A DNA stretch of 64,000 bases from Malacoraja senta (taxonomy: Eukaryota). Positions 1-14,452 of the stretch are shown here, in pieces. Location of the stretch: positions 4,776,001 through 4,840,000 of the forward strand of contig CM075996.1 of the NCBI GenBank assembly GCA_038087875.1. The letters are read 5' to 3'. Every line of letters begins with the position of its first letter. Position 1 is the stretch's first letter. Position numbers and translations under genes: made by a program. A model generated the notes under the pieces. It was not told where the DNA came from and made no database searches. It was given only the letters and a program-made list of their open reading frames with translations.

Positions 1-398
1 AGATTTTCAGAAAGCTTTTGATAAGGTACTGCATGTGAGGCTGTTAAAGAAGATGAGAGCCATTGGTATCAAAGGAAAGATATTAGCTTGGATAGCAGAT
101 TGGCTGGATGGCAGAAGGTAAAGAGTGGCAATAGAGGGGGCTTTTTCTGGTTAGCTGCCAGTGACTAGCAGAGTTCTGCAGGGGTCGGTGCTAGGGCCAC
201 TACTCTTCACATTATATATTAATGATTTGGATGAGGGGATTTGTGGCCAAGTTTGTAGGTGATACGAAGATAGGTGGAGTGGCAGGTAGTGTAGGGAAAG
301 CAGGGACTTAGGGTTAGGAGGGAGAGATAGTTCAGCCATGATTGAATGGCGGAGTAGACTTGATGGGCCAAATGGCCTAATTCTATTCCTATCACTTA
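1..398 (+). mobile_element. Degraded CR1/HER1-like LINE fragment (RT remnant joined to 3' tail)
   Basis: DFQKAFDKV and [11 protein letters not shown] codons, similar to the intact copy at 30662-32996; CR1-type 3' tail at about 330-398. Confidence 0.8.
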
Positions 399-416
399 TG
401 AACAAATGGAGAAAAA

Positions 417-655
417 TACTAGTTGGACAAGTATGTGAGGGAGGAGAACACAGGGGACATTATAAATAATGCAAGCGGAATATAAGATGCTGTTCTTCCA
501 ATTTGCATTTGGCCTCACCATAGCAATGGAGAAGGCAGAGGACAGACAAGTCAGTGTGGGAATGGAAAGGTGAATTAAAATGACATGCAACCGGAGGCTG
601 GAGATGGCTGTAGCGGACAGTGTGCAAACGTTCTGTAGAACTGTTGCCTAGTCTG
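417..655 (-). mobile_element. Old Penelope-like element fragment (GIY-YIG C-terminal region)
   Basis: ORF 460..708 contains PVACHFNSPFHSHTDLSVLCLLHC...KLEEQHLIFRL, homologous to the copies at 21410-22058 and 52624-52955. Confidence 0.75.
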
Positions 656-2196
656 TAATTATTTGGTAGCTGCATTGCTTGTAACGGAACACAATCTACA
701 CCAAGCATTGATCCTACATGTTGTCCTTTGAATTATTCTCCATTCTCTCTGCAATCATTGTTTCACCTTAAGCGTGGCACTTACTGCTGGGATATTTCTG
801 GCTTACGTGAAAACAAATCTGAAGGTATGGTAAACTCTAAGATGATATTACTTTCAACACCCGACTGCCTCCATCTCCTAATGAGAAATTAAGACTGAAA
901 GAGATGAACCATAATGTAGTGACCAAGGCTTCGATCTAAGCTAAAAGAATCAAATCACACCATAACAGTTGAATAATTTCAATTAATTATTCTAAAGAAC
1001 AAAATACAAATCTCCAGTAATAAAAGTGACCACAACACTTCTTCATTCACTTGTGTTCCTGTAGGAAATATGCTATTCATACTAAATCTGGCTTATTTGT
1101 AACTCCAGTATTCGTAACTGTAGATGCTTGGCTAATAGCTACATTTATACATTCTATCACCACCAGGGGGCCTGTACACCATTCCTGGTACAGTTTTGAA
1201 TCCTTACCTAGTTTTAATTCCAAATATGAACTCAGTGGCTTCTTACCTCTTGTTATATTTCTGTTATCACAAAAGCAATTTAATCCTTAATAGCTAAGGA
1301 TCTCCCATTCCACCACCCAACTGCAGTTTTTTCCCCAGTGATGTCTTTAGTGTTCATACCCGCTGTGTAAAATTTCAGCTCTTTCAGTCTTTCTTTTTAC
1401 TCTTGTAAAAAATGATCACTTGTGGTATGCATCATGCCACATCCTTCTGTTCTCATAATTTTAATTTTAATTTTCTGTCTTAAACACTTTAAACATTTTA
1501 GTTTTTTACTTGTAGCACATATTGAAATAAATCTCACCAATACTCTGGGTCATCTTTATTTTTTGAGTCCTACTATTGACAGAGTTCTTCCTTAAGCTCT
1601 TCCTTCACTTGGTGCATCAGTTCCAGTACTGATCCCAATGTCCCATTAAATGTTTGGATCCTTACATCCCCATGGCAATTCTGTTAAAACAACAAAAAGG
1701 CTCCAAAATATCCAATAGGAATTATGTGAGGATGTCATAACCAAAGTAAGCTTTGACAAAAAACTTGGGGAATTTATATTATGGATTTGTTCTGAAAACG
1801 GGTGGTAATTGGAATAGGTGTGCCTCATTAAACCAACTCACACGCTGTACTTGGCACAGAGCTGATTGCATTTCCCTTCCCAGGGATACAGCACAATTGT
1901 GTCAGCATCGTACTTGGCACATAAGGGAGTTCGCAATAATTGTTGTATAATGATTCTGTCACATGATGGTTGCCAGCAGCAATCACAGTGACAAAAGATG
2001 CTAAAGATGGAACAGCAGAGGTGACCAAATATAAAGTTCATAACCATTAGTTTATACAATTGTTCCCAAGTGATTAGGGCTAGAAATGAATTGATCATTC
2101 TAATTTTCGATGCTTTGTGTAAAAGGGAATAAATTCTTTCTGATGCTATTATTCAAACATCTCAGTGAAGTCTGGGGGAGATTTATAACAATTTTA

Positions 2197-2515
2197 GGGT
2201 GGCACGGAGGCACAGCTGTAGAGGTGCTTCCCTTACAGCGCATGCAGTGCCAGAGACCTGGGTGCGATCCCGATTGCGGGTGCTGTCTGTATGGGATTTG
2301 TACCTTCTCCCCGTGATTGCGTGGGTTTTCTCCGAGATCTTCGGTTTCCTCCCACACTCCACACGACAAAGCTTTATAAATTAATTGGCTTGGTATAAGT
2401 GTAAATTGTCCCTAGTGTGTGTAGGGTGGTGTTAATGTGTGGGGATTGCTGGTCGGTGCGGACTCGGTGGGCTGAAGAGCCGGTTTCCACGCTGTATCTC
2501 CAAACCAAACTAAAT
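2197..2515 (+). mobile_element. tRNA-derived V-SINE (HE1-like)
   Basis: A/B-box-like 5' part; V-domain-like TTCTCCCCGTG..GCGTGGGTTTTCTCC..GGTTTCCTCCCACA; CR1-type tail ending in (CTAAA)-like repeats; TAACAAT on both flanks. Confidence 0.8.
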
Positions 2516-4498
2516 TAACAATCGCCTGAATTGAAGTTGTCCAATTTCACCTAATTTCTGAGTTTTTGCAATAATCTGGCTGCTACCACAGTTTAAAAAT
2601 CTATCCTATTATGCAACAGGCATTAATCATGGAATTTTAGCCATCCAGGAACTATAGAATATGAAGCATAGAATATGAAGCACTGATCCTGGGAGAGATG
2701 AGAAACACATTCACGGCAAAGTGAATCTCACCGTATCTAACAGACTAACAGAAATAGCTCATTCATCGTTTGTGTGTGCCCAACGTCTCTGGTATCATAT
2801 CATTACTGTGGGAGTTCCTCATAATCCTGCACTGCCCGGTGCAACAATATATTGACCTTCCCTCCACCATAAAGCCAAAGATGATATGCTTGCTGAAAAA
2901 TGCACACCATTCAATTCCATGCACAGTATTTAAGATATTAATGAAGTAAAGCATGTCTACATTCAAGTTTCTAGCTCATAAAGCAAGTCTGAAAAAGGGT
3001 CTCGACCAGAAACATCACCCATCCCTTCACTCCAGAGATGCTGCCTGTCCCGTTGAGTTACTCCAGCATTTTGTGTCTATCTTTGGTATAACACAGCATC
3101 TGCTGTTCCTTCCTACACAAAATATTCTTGCAACACAAATGGAAGACAGTGGCCATTGCCAACAAGAGCAAATCTAGAAAATCCCCTATGAATTCAATAG
3201 CAATGCCAAATCCCTCTCTCCCTCTATCTTATTGTGGGTCAACACGGACCAGATACAAGATACAAGATACATTTATTTGTCACATGTGCCAGTTGGTGCA
3301 GTGAAATGTGATCACCATACAGCCATACAATAAAATAAAGAACACAACACAGCGGAATCAAAAGTTTCCCACTGTGAGGGAAGGCACCAAAGTCAGTCAT
3401 CTTCCTCTGATGTTCACCCATGGTCGGGGCCTCCGGAGCCCTCCGCAGTCGCTGCTACGGGCAGCCACCTAACATAGATCAGCCATAAAGTTACTATTCT
3501 TGGAAGACCAGATCAGAGGCTGCCCCCTCTGTGACAAATCACTGAACTCACGACAGCCTTACAAACATGTATAATGCAAGAATGTGAAGGAATTATTTTC
3601 ACCTAAACGCTTACAGTCCAGCAGTACAAAACGCACTTGATCAGCATCTTACTTGTCTTATTTTTCACTGGTATGTGAGCGTCAGTGTTGTAGAAAATAA
3701 CAAGATTTTGCATGGTATAAACATCACACTTTTCCAGCACAATAATATTGATATTTCCACTGGCTGTCTCCAAACTAGCTGTAACTTGTATACATACCCA
3801 TTTTACCTTCAGATAGTACATTAGCCTACTTACTTAGCATTCAATTTTACTTTTCCAATGTCTTAACCTAAATAAAACCTGTTTGTCTCCATCACAGAAG
3901 ATGTTTTCTCATGATACAAAGAGATTTATTGAGCTGTTCTACTTTTAACTTCAAAGACTTGCAGCTGGGTTTCAGATAATGGAGTCAAAAAAGGTTTTTG
4001 ATTTGTTCAACACCTAGCTCGCCAACAATCTGAGAACACTTAGAATTGTTCCCATTCTAAACATTATCCTTTGAATACTGGTTCAATTTAGTACATCCAT
4101 CAAAAGTCTATTGTTGATTTGCTTTGGTATTTCATACAGCTGAATTACCTGAGCATCATTGGTAGCTGCTGCCACAAACACTTCATCCGCTAGTTTCAGT
4201 GTGAAAATCAAACTTTCACTCCCAATATCACATTATCACAGCAACGTTACTGCCTGATAGCTCCATGGATCTGGGTATGCTCCTAACCTTGGATGTGGAG
4301 TTTGCATGCTCTCTCCAATAGGTTTCCTCCCCACAACCCACATTGAAGCCGAGGAAGCTGAAGATGATCTGATGGAAGTATACAAAATTATGTGAGGTAT
4401 AGATGGGGTAGATAGTAAGAAACATTTTCTTATGGCCAGAGGGCCAAGTTTTAATGTGGGATTTAAGGGGATCTAAGGAAGAATATCTTTCACCCAAC

Positions 4499-4824
4499 GG
4501 GCAGCATGGTGGAGCAGTGGTAGAGTAGCTGCCTTACAGCAGCAGAGTTCTGGGTTTGATTCTGACTACTGTCTGTACAGAGTTGCTTGTCTGTACAGAG
4601 TTTGTACATTCTCAACATGACCTGCGTGGGATTTCTCCGAGATCTTCGGTTCCCTCCCACACTCCAAACACACACAGGTTTGTAGGTTAATTGGCTTGGT
4701 ATAAAATGTAAATTGTCCCTAATAAGTGTAGGATAATATTAATGTGCGGGGATCACTGGTTGCTGCAGACTCGGTGGGCCGAAGGGCCTGTTTCTGCCCT
4801 GTATCTCTAAACTAAAACAAAACT
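4499..4824 (+). mobile_element. V-SINE (HE1-like) inserted in an old CR1 3' fragment
   Basis: Same structure as 2197-2515. CR1 3' sequence lies at about 4345-4498 and resumes at 4827-4858 and about 6700-6860. Confidence 0.8.
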
Positions 4825-4860
4825 AGACAGGTAGTTGCAATCTGGAACACCCTGTCACAA

Positions 4861-6700
4861 TTTTTTATTTTTTTTATTTTTTGTTAGAAGTAAGTACAAT
4901 AATGTGGTACCACAGTACCTAATACTTGTTGACATATTACATTTCTTTTTTATTTATTTTTTATTTTTTTAATATTTTATTTATTAGAAGTAGTGTACAT
5001 TGCAGTGATATCAGCCAAAAATAACATAATACATTTCCTGTACCACTTCTTATTTTAAACTTTAAAAAGAAGAAAAATAGAAAGAGTTAGATAAGATAGT
5101 AAGTGCGTGAACGTACATTTCATATGCATTTCATGTACATTTCAAATACAACTTCTTATTTTTAATTTAATAATAAAGCAAGAGTAAGAGAGAAAGGAGA
5201 AAGGAGAAAAGAAGAGATTGATATAGAGTGTTGAAAACGATATATCTATTTAATGTTTCTGGCCACCCGTCACCTGATTCTGAACCGTTTTGTTTCTATG
5301 GTTGTGTTGTACCATATGCTTGTAAGAAGTCGACAAAGGGAGACCAAATCAATAAGAATTGGTCTACTTTACCTGCTAGAAGGAGTCGCATTTCTTCAAG
5401 ATATATGCCGTTTCCGACATATTTGAAATCCACATTTTGAGCGTTGGCGTTGGCGCATTTTTCCAAAATCTAAGTATGAGTTTTTTGCCGTTATTAAACC
5501 GTAATTAAGTAAAGATTTTTTAGATGTATTTAGCTTATTCCCATCTTCCATTGATCCAAAGATAATCCATTCTGTGTTAGGTTCAATTCTTCTATTAAAT
5601 AATTTTGTAAATATGTCAAAAATTTCATTCCAGAATTTATGAAGTTTTATACAGGAGACAAAAGAGTGTGTTATAGTGGCTTTCTCAGATAAGCATTTAT
5701 CACAGATGGGAGAGATATTTGGATAGAATTTGTTCAGTCTAGTTTTCGAGTAGTATAATCTATGTAAAATTTTAAATTGAATTAAATTATGTTTTGCATT
5801 AATCGAACATTTATGTATGTATATCAGGTATTTTTCCCATGTTTCTCTCGAAATTTTTATCTGTAATTCTCGTTCCCAATCTGCTCTGATTGCCTCTGTC
5901 GATGGTGATTCTATATTTAAAATGATATTATATAAGTATGATATTAAATTGCATGAGTCTGCCTTAATATTCATTGCTTTATCTAATGAATCTAGATTTA
6001 GAATTTGATATCCTTGTATGTGTTTTTTCAAATAATCTCTAATTTGAAGGTATTTAAAGTATTGGTTATTTTTCAAGTTGTATTTTAATTGTAATTGTTG
6101 AAATGATAAGAAATTTTCCATTTCATACAAGTCTCCAATCTTTTTAATTCCTAATCTTTCCCAATAGGTATACGTTTTGTCAGTGAGAGATGATTTAAAT
6201 GCGGGATTATTCACTATTGGAGATAAAAGCGATGTTTCTTAATTTCAAAGTTAGTTTTATTTGTTTCCAAATTCGAATTGTGTTGTGGATAATTGGGTTC
6301 TTCTTATATATTGTGTTGTTTAATTTTATCGGGGAGAAGAGGATCGCTCCTATATTAAAAGGAGAGCAGTCCTCTTTCTCCATTCTTATCCATTCTACCT
6401 GTTGGGCAGAGCTGTCCAACCAATAAATTATGTTTTTAATATGTACTGCCCAGTAGTAGTATAAAAAGTTTGGGAGTGTCAATCCCCCAGATTCTTTAGG
6501 TTTACACAGGTGTTTTCTTTGGATTCTATGTGATCTGTAGTCCCACATGAAGTTTGTAATATTGGAGTCTAATTTTTTTAGGAATTTTTTTGGTAAGTAT
6601 ATTGGTATTGATTGAAATAGATATAATATTTGTGGTAGAAAAATCATTTTTATAGCCTATTTATGACATCGGCAGGGTTTTCCAGAATTTAATCAACGCA
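4861..6700 (-). mobile_element. 5'-truncated L1/Tx1-clade LINE: frameshifted ORF2 C-terminus, 3' UTR and poly(A)
   Basis: ORFs 6207..6647 (LPQILYLFQSIPIYLP...GGLTLPNFLYYYWA) and 5396..6214 (Cys-rich CDKCLSEKATITHSFVSC) are typical of L1 ORF2. The T-rich run at 4861-4882 is the poly(A) tail on the minus strand. Confidence 0.88.
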
Positions 6701-7424
6701 TTAACACAATATTTAAGAAGAATCTGGATGAGCATTTAAATCACCATGGCACAGCAGGGTGTGGACCAATGCTGGTAAATGGGATTACAATTGAAAGGTG
6801 CTTGATGGTTGGATGTACATGGTGGTGAAAATGCCTTTTTCTATACTGTATGACTCTATGATCTGGAAGGCTGGAAGGATGTGTGAGAGAAAATACATTG
6901 CAGGGAGGTCAAAAAACAGAGTGGGGGAAATGGGCCTTATGGAATGTTCTTCAGTATTAATCAGTATTAATCAGCCAGTATTAATCCTTCATTGCCATTG
7001 TAAGATCTGCTGATTCATGCTTTGATTTGGATTAGTTTTATCAGCTAATTTCCACCCAGTCAAAATTTCTTATCTTCTTAATGCATCCTTGTCTATTTAT
7101 AGTTTGTCATCCAATTAATCCATTACAAACCATGGGTCGCTTTAAGCACTGGCTTGCAAAGCATTATCCTGTACCTCTCTCCCAATCCTTTCAAAACTTA
7201 CCTTGAACTGTTTCCAAGAAATTACCTTCTTCATTTTTAAGGTTTGATGACAGGTCAAAAATGTCCTCGTGAATTTACTGCAGTTACTGTATGTTGACCT
7301 GCACCTTCAATAACTTCTTTTCAATCACAATTGTAACCTTAAGGTCTCTTCGTCTCACACTACAATTGCCTGGAATATAGATGCCATACAATATAAATCC
7401 CGTGTCATCCTGTGTCATGAGGTG

Positions 7425-7684
7425 ACCGAGATGAGAAAATCATTGAGTGGTGAATCTATGGAATTCTCTGCCACAGAAGGTAGTTGAGGCCAGTTCATTG
7501 GCTATATTTAAGAGGGAGTTAGATGTGGCCCTTGTGGCTAAAGGGATCAGGGGGTATGGAGAGAAGGCAGGTACAGGATACTGAGTTGGAAGATCAGCCA
7601 TGATCATATTAAATGGCGGTGCAGGCTCGAAGGGCCGAATGGCCTACTCCTGTACCTATTTTCTATGTTTCTATGTTTCTATGT
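7425..7684 (+). mobile_element. CR1/HER1-like LINE 3' end
   Basis: GTGGTGAATCT.TGGAATTCTCTGCCACAGAAGG...GGCCGAATGGCCTACTCCTG and (TTTCTATG)n tail; near-identical to 57551-57815. Confidence 0.85.
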
Positions 7685-7889
7685 CATCTGCAGCAGCAAT
7701 AATATTGAGCAAATTCTCTTTCTTGAGAAACCTATTCCCTGAATTTTAATGAGGGCACAGTAGTCACATTGTTTCCAGACAAGTAACCCAGGATCCTGGA
7801 CTAATAGTCCATTGTCCCATCTGTAGATTCCTTCATGGTAGCTCCAGGTTAAAGTCTTTAAAATCTGGAAGTTATAAACAAAACAGTCG

Positions 7890-8320
7890 ATCACAGCTTG
7901 ACCTTCAGCACCATCACCAGTTCAAAATGTGTTATCAAACTTGGGGAAGTGGATCTCTACTCATCTGTATGTAACTGGATCCTTGACTTCCTCAACAGCA
8001 AACGACAATCAGTACAAATTGGCAACAACACTTTGTCCTCGACAACCATCAGCACAGGAGCATCTCATGGCTTTGTGTTCAGTCCCCTGCTCTACCACAC
8101 CCATGACTGTGTATCCAGACATAGTTCCAACGGCGACTTTAAATTTTCTGATGATACCACATTGTTGGATGAATCAGTGATGTGAATCAGAATATAGGAG
8201 GGAGGTTGAAAATCTGCTTGAATGGTCCAGAACAACAATCTTGTTCTCAAAGTCAATAAGATCAAGGAGATGATTGTTGACTTTAGAAAGAGAGAGCAAG
8301 GATCCACGAATGAGATCCAC
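7890..8320 (+). mobile_element. Degraded Rex/Babar-type LINE RT fragment
   Basis: ORF 7898..8185 contains CNWILDFL...ISTGASHG..FSPLLY..THDCV...KFSDDTT, Rex1-like RT motifs. Confidence 0.7.
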
Positions 8321-11300
8321 AATCCAAGGCATGAGATCCTCACTGTAACAGAGCCAGTTTAATGCACTGCATTTGATATTAAGAAATAGCTGAAAACATT
8401 GGATACTGCAAAGGCTGTACATCCAAGATGCAGTTCTTAAGACCTGCTCTTCAGAAGTAGCTAGGCCAAGCTGTTCCATCATTGTTATAGCACTGGTATG
8501 CACCACATAATGTGAAAAGTTGCCGAGGTATATCTTGTTCTAAAAATCAGGATGAATACGATCTGTTTAATTGCTCTCCATTCAATCAGCAAAATGTTGA
8601 AAGTATTGTCAAAAGCAAAGTGATTGAAAGTATTGTCAACAGTGCTATGTATTGTCAGCACTTGCTCACCTGCAATCTGATCAATGATGCCCAGTTTGGA
8701 TTTTAACTGGATCACTTGGCACCAAGTCTCATCACAGGTTTGATTCATGCATGAATAAAAAAGTTGAATAATAGACCGGAGGTGAAAATTATTGCATCAA
8801 TGCAGCTTTTGACCAAATGTGACATCAAGGAGTTCTGGTAAAACTGAAGACAGGTGTCAAAAGTGAAACACTGTAATGGCTGGAGTCACAACTCACCCAA
8901 AGAAAGATGCTTGTGGTTCTTTGAGGTCAGTATTCTCAATGTATATCAAGTACATCACCGCATGAGTTTCTCTAGAGGTTGGACAGGCTTGGTTTGTTTT
9001 CTCTGGTATGCCAGGGAGAACTGATAAAAAAAGTATTTAGAATTCAGAGGCATAGATAGGGTAGACAGAACTTTTTCTCAAGATGGAGAAATCAGTAATT
9101 TAATGTGAGAGGGGCAAAGTTTACAGGAGATGAGTGGGACAAGTGTTTTACACAGAGGATGCTGAGTGCCTGGAAAAGTGTTGGCAGGGTTGGTGGTTGA
9201 AGCACATAGTGGCATTTAAGAGGCTTTTGGGTCGGCATATATATATGCAAGGTATGGAGGGATATGGATTATGTGTAGATAGATAAGAGATGATCTTGAC
9301 ATTGTATTCAGTGCAGAGATTGTGGGCCAAAGGGCCTGTTCTTGTGCTGTACTGTTCTATGTTTTATAATATAATTTAACAGGTTAGATTTTTTCCAGTG
9401 GCACTTTTTCTTCATGGTGTCATGCTTATCTGTCATCTTAATAACATTCTTATGTTTAAGTCCACCGAATTTCATCACAAAGGTAGATGATGCTGTATGA
9501 GTGTTCTCCACATAATTACACACCCCTGATATCCAAAGGAAGAAGATCCAGTGGTCATTGCTTCCTCTCTGAGATATCAACATATATCCACCATGTCCCC
9601 TCCCTTACCTATTAGCATTATCTAAAAGTTCAGGGAAAGTACATGACAAGCTTGAACACATTGCAGAAGATACCTCTACACAACATAAATATAAGTCCTG
9701 TGGAGGTGCTACAATTCCCCTAATCATATGTTAATCATATTATCATTTGGTAATCATGCTTGGAAAAGTAAGAGCTATTTAGGTTATTCCCTATTTAAGC
9801 TCTTGCCTATTTCCATGCAGTTTATGATACTTGAAGTGTTTATCCAAGTGCTTTTTAAATGAGAAGAGGATTTTCACCATCAATGCCCCTTAAGGAATTG
9901 TGCAACTGAGTTTCAGACCCTGATCACTACTCCTTTGGTAAACAAAGTTTTCAGTTTTGTCTTAATTTTTCTGAGAATTCTGTGTCTCCTGGTTTTTTTT
10001 CCACTTTTCTGCAAAAGGAAATAATGTTTTACTGTTTACCCTATATGGGCCTCTGCTAATTTTACTACCCTTGTTTAAATCTCTCAGCTGTTTTGTCCCA
10101 AAGAAAGCAACAACTGCTAAGTCATGCTTCCCTTGTAACTTAAATTCTCCAGCCCAAACAACAGCTTCATGAATCTCTGCTCAATTTCACATCGTTCCTG
10201 TTATGCGGTGACCAAACTGCACCAATAAGGCAAGGAATAAGAAAATTCAATTGGAAAATTCAATTCTTGGTCCGAGTGTCTGGTTAACGAGTTTGAGCTA
10301 GTCACCTTCAACGTTCTTAGTATCTCCTGCATCATATTGGCATTCATTACAAATGGAAAGTATTGAGATGTTGAGCAAGAACAGGACTGATGGCCCTTGA
10401 TACTCATTATTTTGATTCATACATGACAGATTATAAGACCATAACCAGTTTCCATGGAGGCACATTCTAGTCTGTGATTGATACCAGGAATAGATGATAA
10501 AATAGTCCTTATATCATGTTTGGTCACATTACTATTTTACTATTATGTAAGATTACCATTACTTCACATTAATTGTAAATATAATTTCAGTTACAATTTT
10601 CCACCAGATACTCATATTATCACCAAAAGAAACGTCTAGTTTAATACATTTAGCAGCGAGGTTATGAAAGGATGATCTCTTGTGGTTACAGGCTTTGTGA
10701 AGGCTAATTCTTTACTGGAAACCCACCTTGCTTTCAAACATGCCGGTTCTCTGATTTTGTCAGCTTTTTTTATTTGGCCTCCCACGTAATTCTACAGTTT
10801 TTGCGATAAGCTTGCAGACTTCCTGCCTCAACCCCCTCTGTTTTACTGAAAGCAGGAAACTGTACTTTACTCTGACGTTGCTGCTTCAGTTCAGGACTCT
10901 GCTGCTCACCTGTCAGGATCAGGATCCACATTTCAAACTGCTGTGCTGGAAGTAACTCCGAATGGCAGAATCTGGTAGGTTTTTGTTGTTCTGATGCTGT
11001 CTTTTCTCCTATTTTTTTCTCTCTTGAAGTTAATGCCTGCTTTTCACATCATGGCTGGTAGCTGTTTAAGCAGAATTACATAAACGCAATACTAAATTCA
11101 AAATGTGAAGCCTTCATTATGATACTGTAATGATTCGGAGGCTCTGATCTGTTAATTCAGTAAGCTGTGAATATGCAAAGGACTAACATGAGTGGTTTAT
11201 ATGTTTATTTTATTTATAAATCGGAAACATACTCATTGTTTAACCATTATTACTACATGTCAGAGTATTGTGGTCAGTGGAATATTTATATATTTTGTTT

Positions 11301-14215
11301 ACATGTACTTAGCTGATAAACCATGCGTGCGTGTGTAAATATTTGCTGTACAGATCATACCATAGGAAGTGTAAGACAAAATTATATAGAGTCGCAAACT
11401 CCTCAGAATAATCAGCAAACCTTAGACAGTATTGTTTGGATGTGCTATTAAAATCACTGCTGTAGGACAGAAATGATTGTTGAAGGTGGGTTTTGTAGGT
11501 TGTAGGACAGTAATGGGAAGAGCACATTTTCCTATTAGTTTCTGATAATAAGATTACAGTAACATAGTTTCACAATATTATGGAAGGAGGCTATTTAGCC
11601 CGTTGTAACTGTACTAGCTCTGAGTTATTCAGCTCATCCCACTCGCTTTCACTTTTCTCATCATTACACTTGTATTACCTTTTAGGCTTCATTTCCACTT
11701 AAAAGTTAGGGTTGATTGTACTCCATCCACCTTTCAGATAATTCCAGTTCACTGCTATTAAAGAAATGTCCTTATTTTCCATCTATTTTTTTTTACAGAT
11801 TATGTTAAGTCTTTATCATCTGGTTATGGACATTTATTCCTCTGAGAACAACTCTATAAATACCAGAATCTTTTATAATTTTGGACATCTCTATTATTTT
11901 TTTATTAGAAGAATTGCCCTAGTTCAAGCTTGGTAGGTAGGCTTAAATTTTAGGTATTGCTCTTTATGTTTCAATAACTATAAGGGAAATCAAGCAGTGA
12001 CATTAAGGTAGTTAATGTCTAGTTCTTCCTTTTCTCAAGAGACCCTCAGGGTCAAAGATGACCTACTTCCATTCTGGTTTTGTGGGTCCTGAGGGAGTTG
12101 ATGAGACAACATGAAGATCACAGAGTCTCCCACAGATGAGAGAGGTTCTGGCCAACTGGGTGGGCAGGTGGATATTTTGTGACAGAATCATAGTGATGTC
12201 TCCAATTGTTCATCTCTTTGAATAACGTTAAAATTAGCTTGACACTGTTGCAGGTTGCTCACCACCTAAGCTTCTTACTCACCTGTCTGGGTAGAGGTTG
12301 TTTGAAAAACAAAGCTTGCTTCAAAAACTCTCTCCCGGATTGTTTTTTTCATTACAGTCTCAGGAGGTGTTAAACCCTGCTAGAAAGTTTCCTTGTTTGT
12401 ACTAACACTTAATTGCATCAGTTATTTAATATACATAGGTCTAATAAAATCTAGCAGCAGCCCCCACACTCACCCAGTGTGCCAATACAAAGTCAGTTAT
12501 ACCTGTACGGCTGATAGAGGATTCTCCTTCCATGCAGTATAGGAATCATGTGGCCCTTCGGCCCAATTCATTCATGCCAACCAAGATGCTTTCCTGAACT
12601 AGTCCCAATTTCCTGCATTTGTCCCAAATCCTGTTAAACCTTTCCTATCCAAGTACCTGCCCAAATATATTTTAAACATTGTAATTGCACCCACCTCTAC
12701 CACTTTCTCTGGCAACTCATTCCATTTATTCACCTGGGTGTGAAAAATTTGCCACTCAGCTACCCTTTAAACCTTTTCCCTCTCACCTTAAAACTGTGCC
12801 CTCTTGTATTAGACTCACCTACTCCTGGGGAAAAGACTGTGACATTCCATCTTATCTATGCCCTCACGATTTTACAAACCTCTACAAGATCACCCCTCAG
12901 CCTCCTTCACTCTGGGAAAAGTCCTTGTGTATAATACAGCCGATATTACAGCTAGTTAGACACAAAATGCTGGAGTAACTCAGCGGGACAGGTAGTATCT
13001 CTGGATAGAAGAAACGGGTGACGTTTCTGGTCGAGACCCCTCTTCAGACTTATTACAGCTAGGTCTCCCAAGGAAGCAGCATTTTTCAGATTGTTTGTTC
13101 TATTAAGCTATTACTGGGATTTGATCCATCTATCAGGACCCACAACTGAAGAGTGGGATGGATTTCCAGGGCTACATGAACACCTCAGTTCAGTTCTTAC
13201 TGCTTCAGTGTAAATATGAAATTGTTGATCAAAAAACATGGATTTAAATCTGCTGTCAAATTTAGCTCTTCTCATTTTATGCTGGAATATGTATACAGGA
13301 ATTAGCTTCCTATTGTGAAGCATTTTTTTTTTTTTTTTGCAACAGGCATGACTCAACCAGCAAAAACAAATATCTAATCTGTGCCTACAAATCCTGGTGA
13401 AAAATTACAAAAAAACATAAATTGTCTCCAATTTGATGGAACAATTCCTGGGAAATTAAAGCAGATATATAGGCTGCATGGCAATCTTACAAAGAAGGCA
13501 CCCAATTAGAGAAAAAAACCCGAATAATTATTAACCCACAGTATTATCACATTCTTTTGGTACTATTTATACTCCTAATGTGAGCTGGCTGTCTCTCCTC
13601 CTCTTCCTCCACCACTTCAGTGGTGATGCCTGCCCGAATGTCATGCTTGCCTGCTTGCTGTCTGTCTTTCAGCCTCTACTACCGTGCACATTCAAGCTTC
13701 AATCATCATGTCGATACATTTATGTGAAAAGCGCTCTAGAATGTAAACATATTATACTGATCTGCCATGCCCCCCCCCCCCCCCCCTGAAGGAGCAGTAG
13801 AGGTAGATTCAATAATGTGCAACGGGGAAGGAACAAAACGTAAGGATACAGGGAAAGTTCAGGAGAGTGGAACTAATTAGTGGCCCTTTCAGAGAGCCAG
13901 CCAGAGAAAGAAAGCACATATGGTCATTTTCAATAGTATATTTCGGGAAATATAAGTATTTTTGGTCTGTGGTGAGTACTAGTGTGTGTGTGGTGTGAAG
14001 ATTTACCCAAACTTGAAAGCCATTGCAAATGTCAAGAGCTTTATTTCGCACGTAGTTTCAGTTAGTTGTGCGCTCAATCATGCAGCAGTTATTTATGCTG
14101 AAGGTGAATCATGATGAGCTTACGAATCTCACTATTCGGCATTTACTATAAATAAAGCACTATCTATCTATCTATATCTATCTTCTATCTATCTATCTAT
14201 CTATCTATATTTAAA

Positions 14216-14218
<3 letters not shown>

Positions 14219-14307
<89 letters not shown>

Positions 14308-14414
14308 TCTCTGTCTCTGTCTCTGTCTCTGTCTCTGTCTCTGTCTCTGTCTCTGTCTCTGTCTCTGTCTCTGTCTCTGTCTCTGTGTCTCTCTCTGTCT
14401 CTGTCTCTGTCTCT

Positions 14415-14450
<36 letters not shown>
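14219..14450. repeat. (TG)n, (TCTCTG)n and (TC)n microsatellite block
   Basis: Directly visible; it explains the CVCV/SLSL ORFs. Confidence 0.97.
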
Positions 14451-14452
<2 letters not shown>

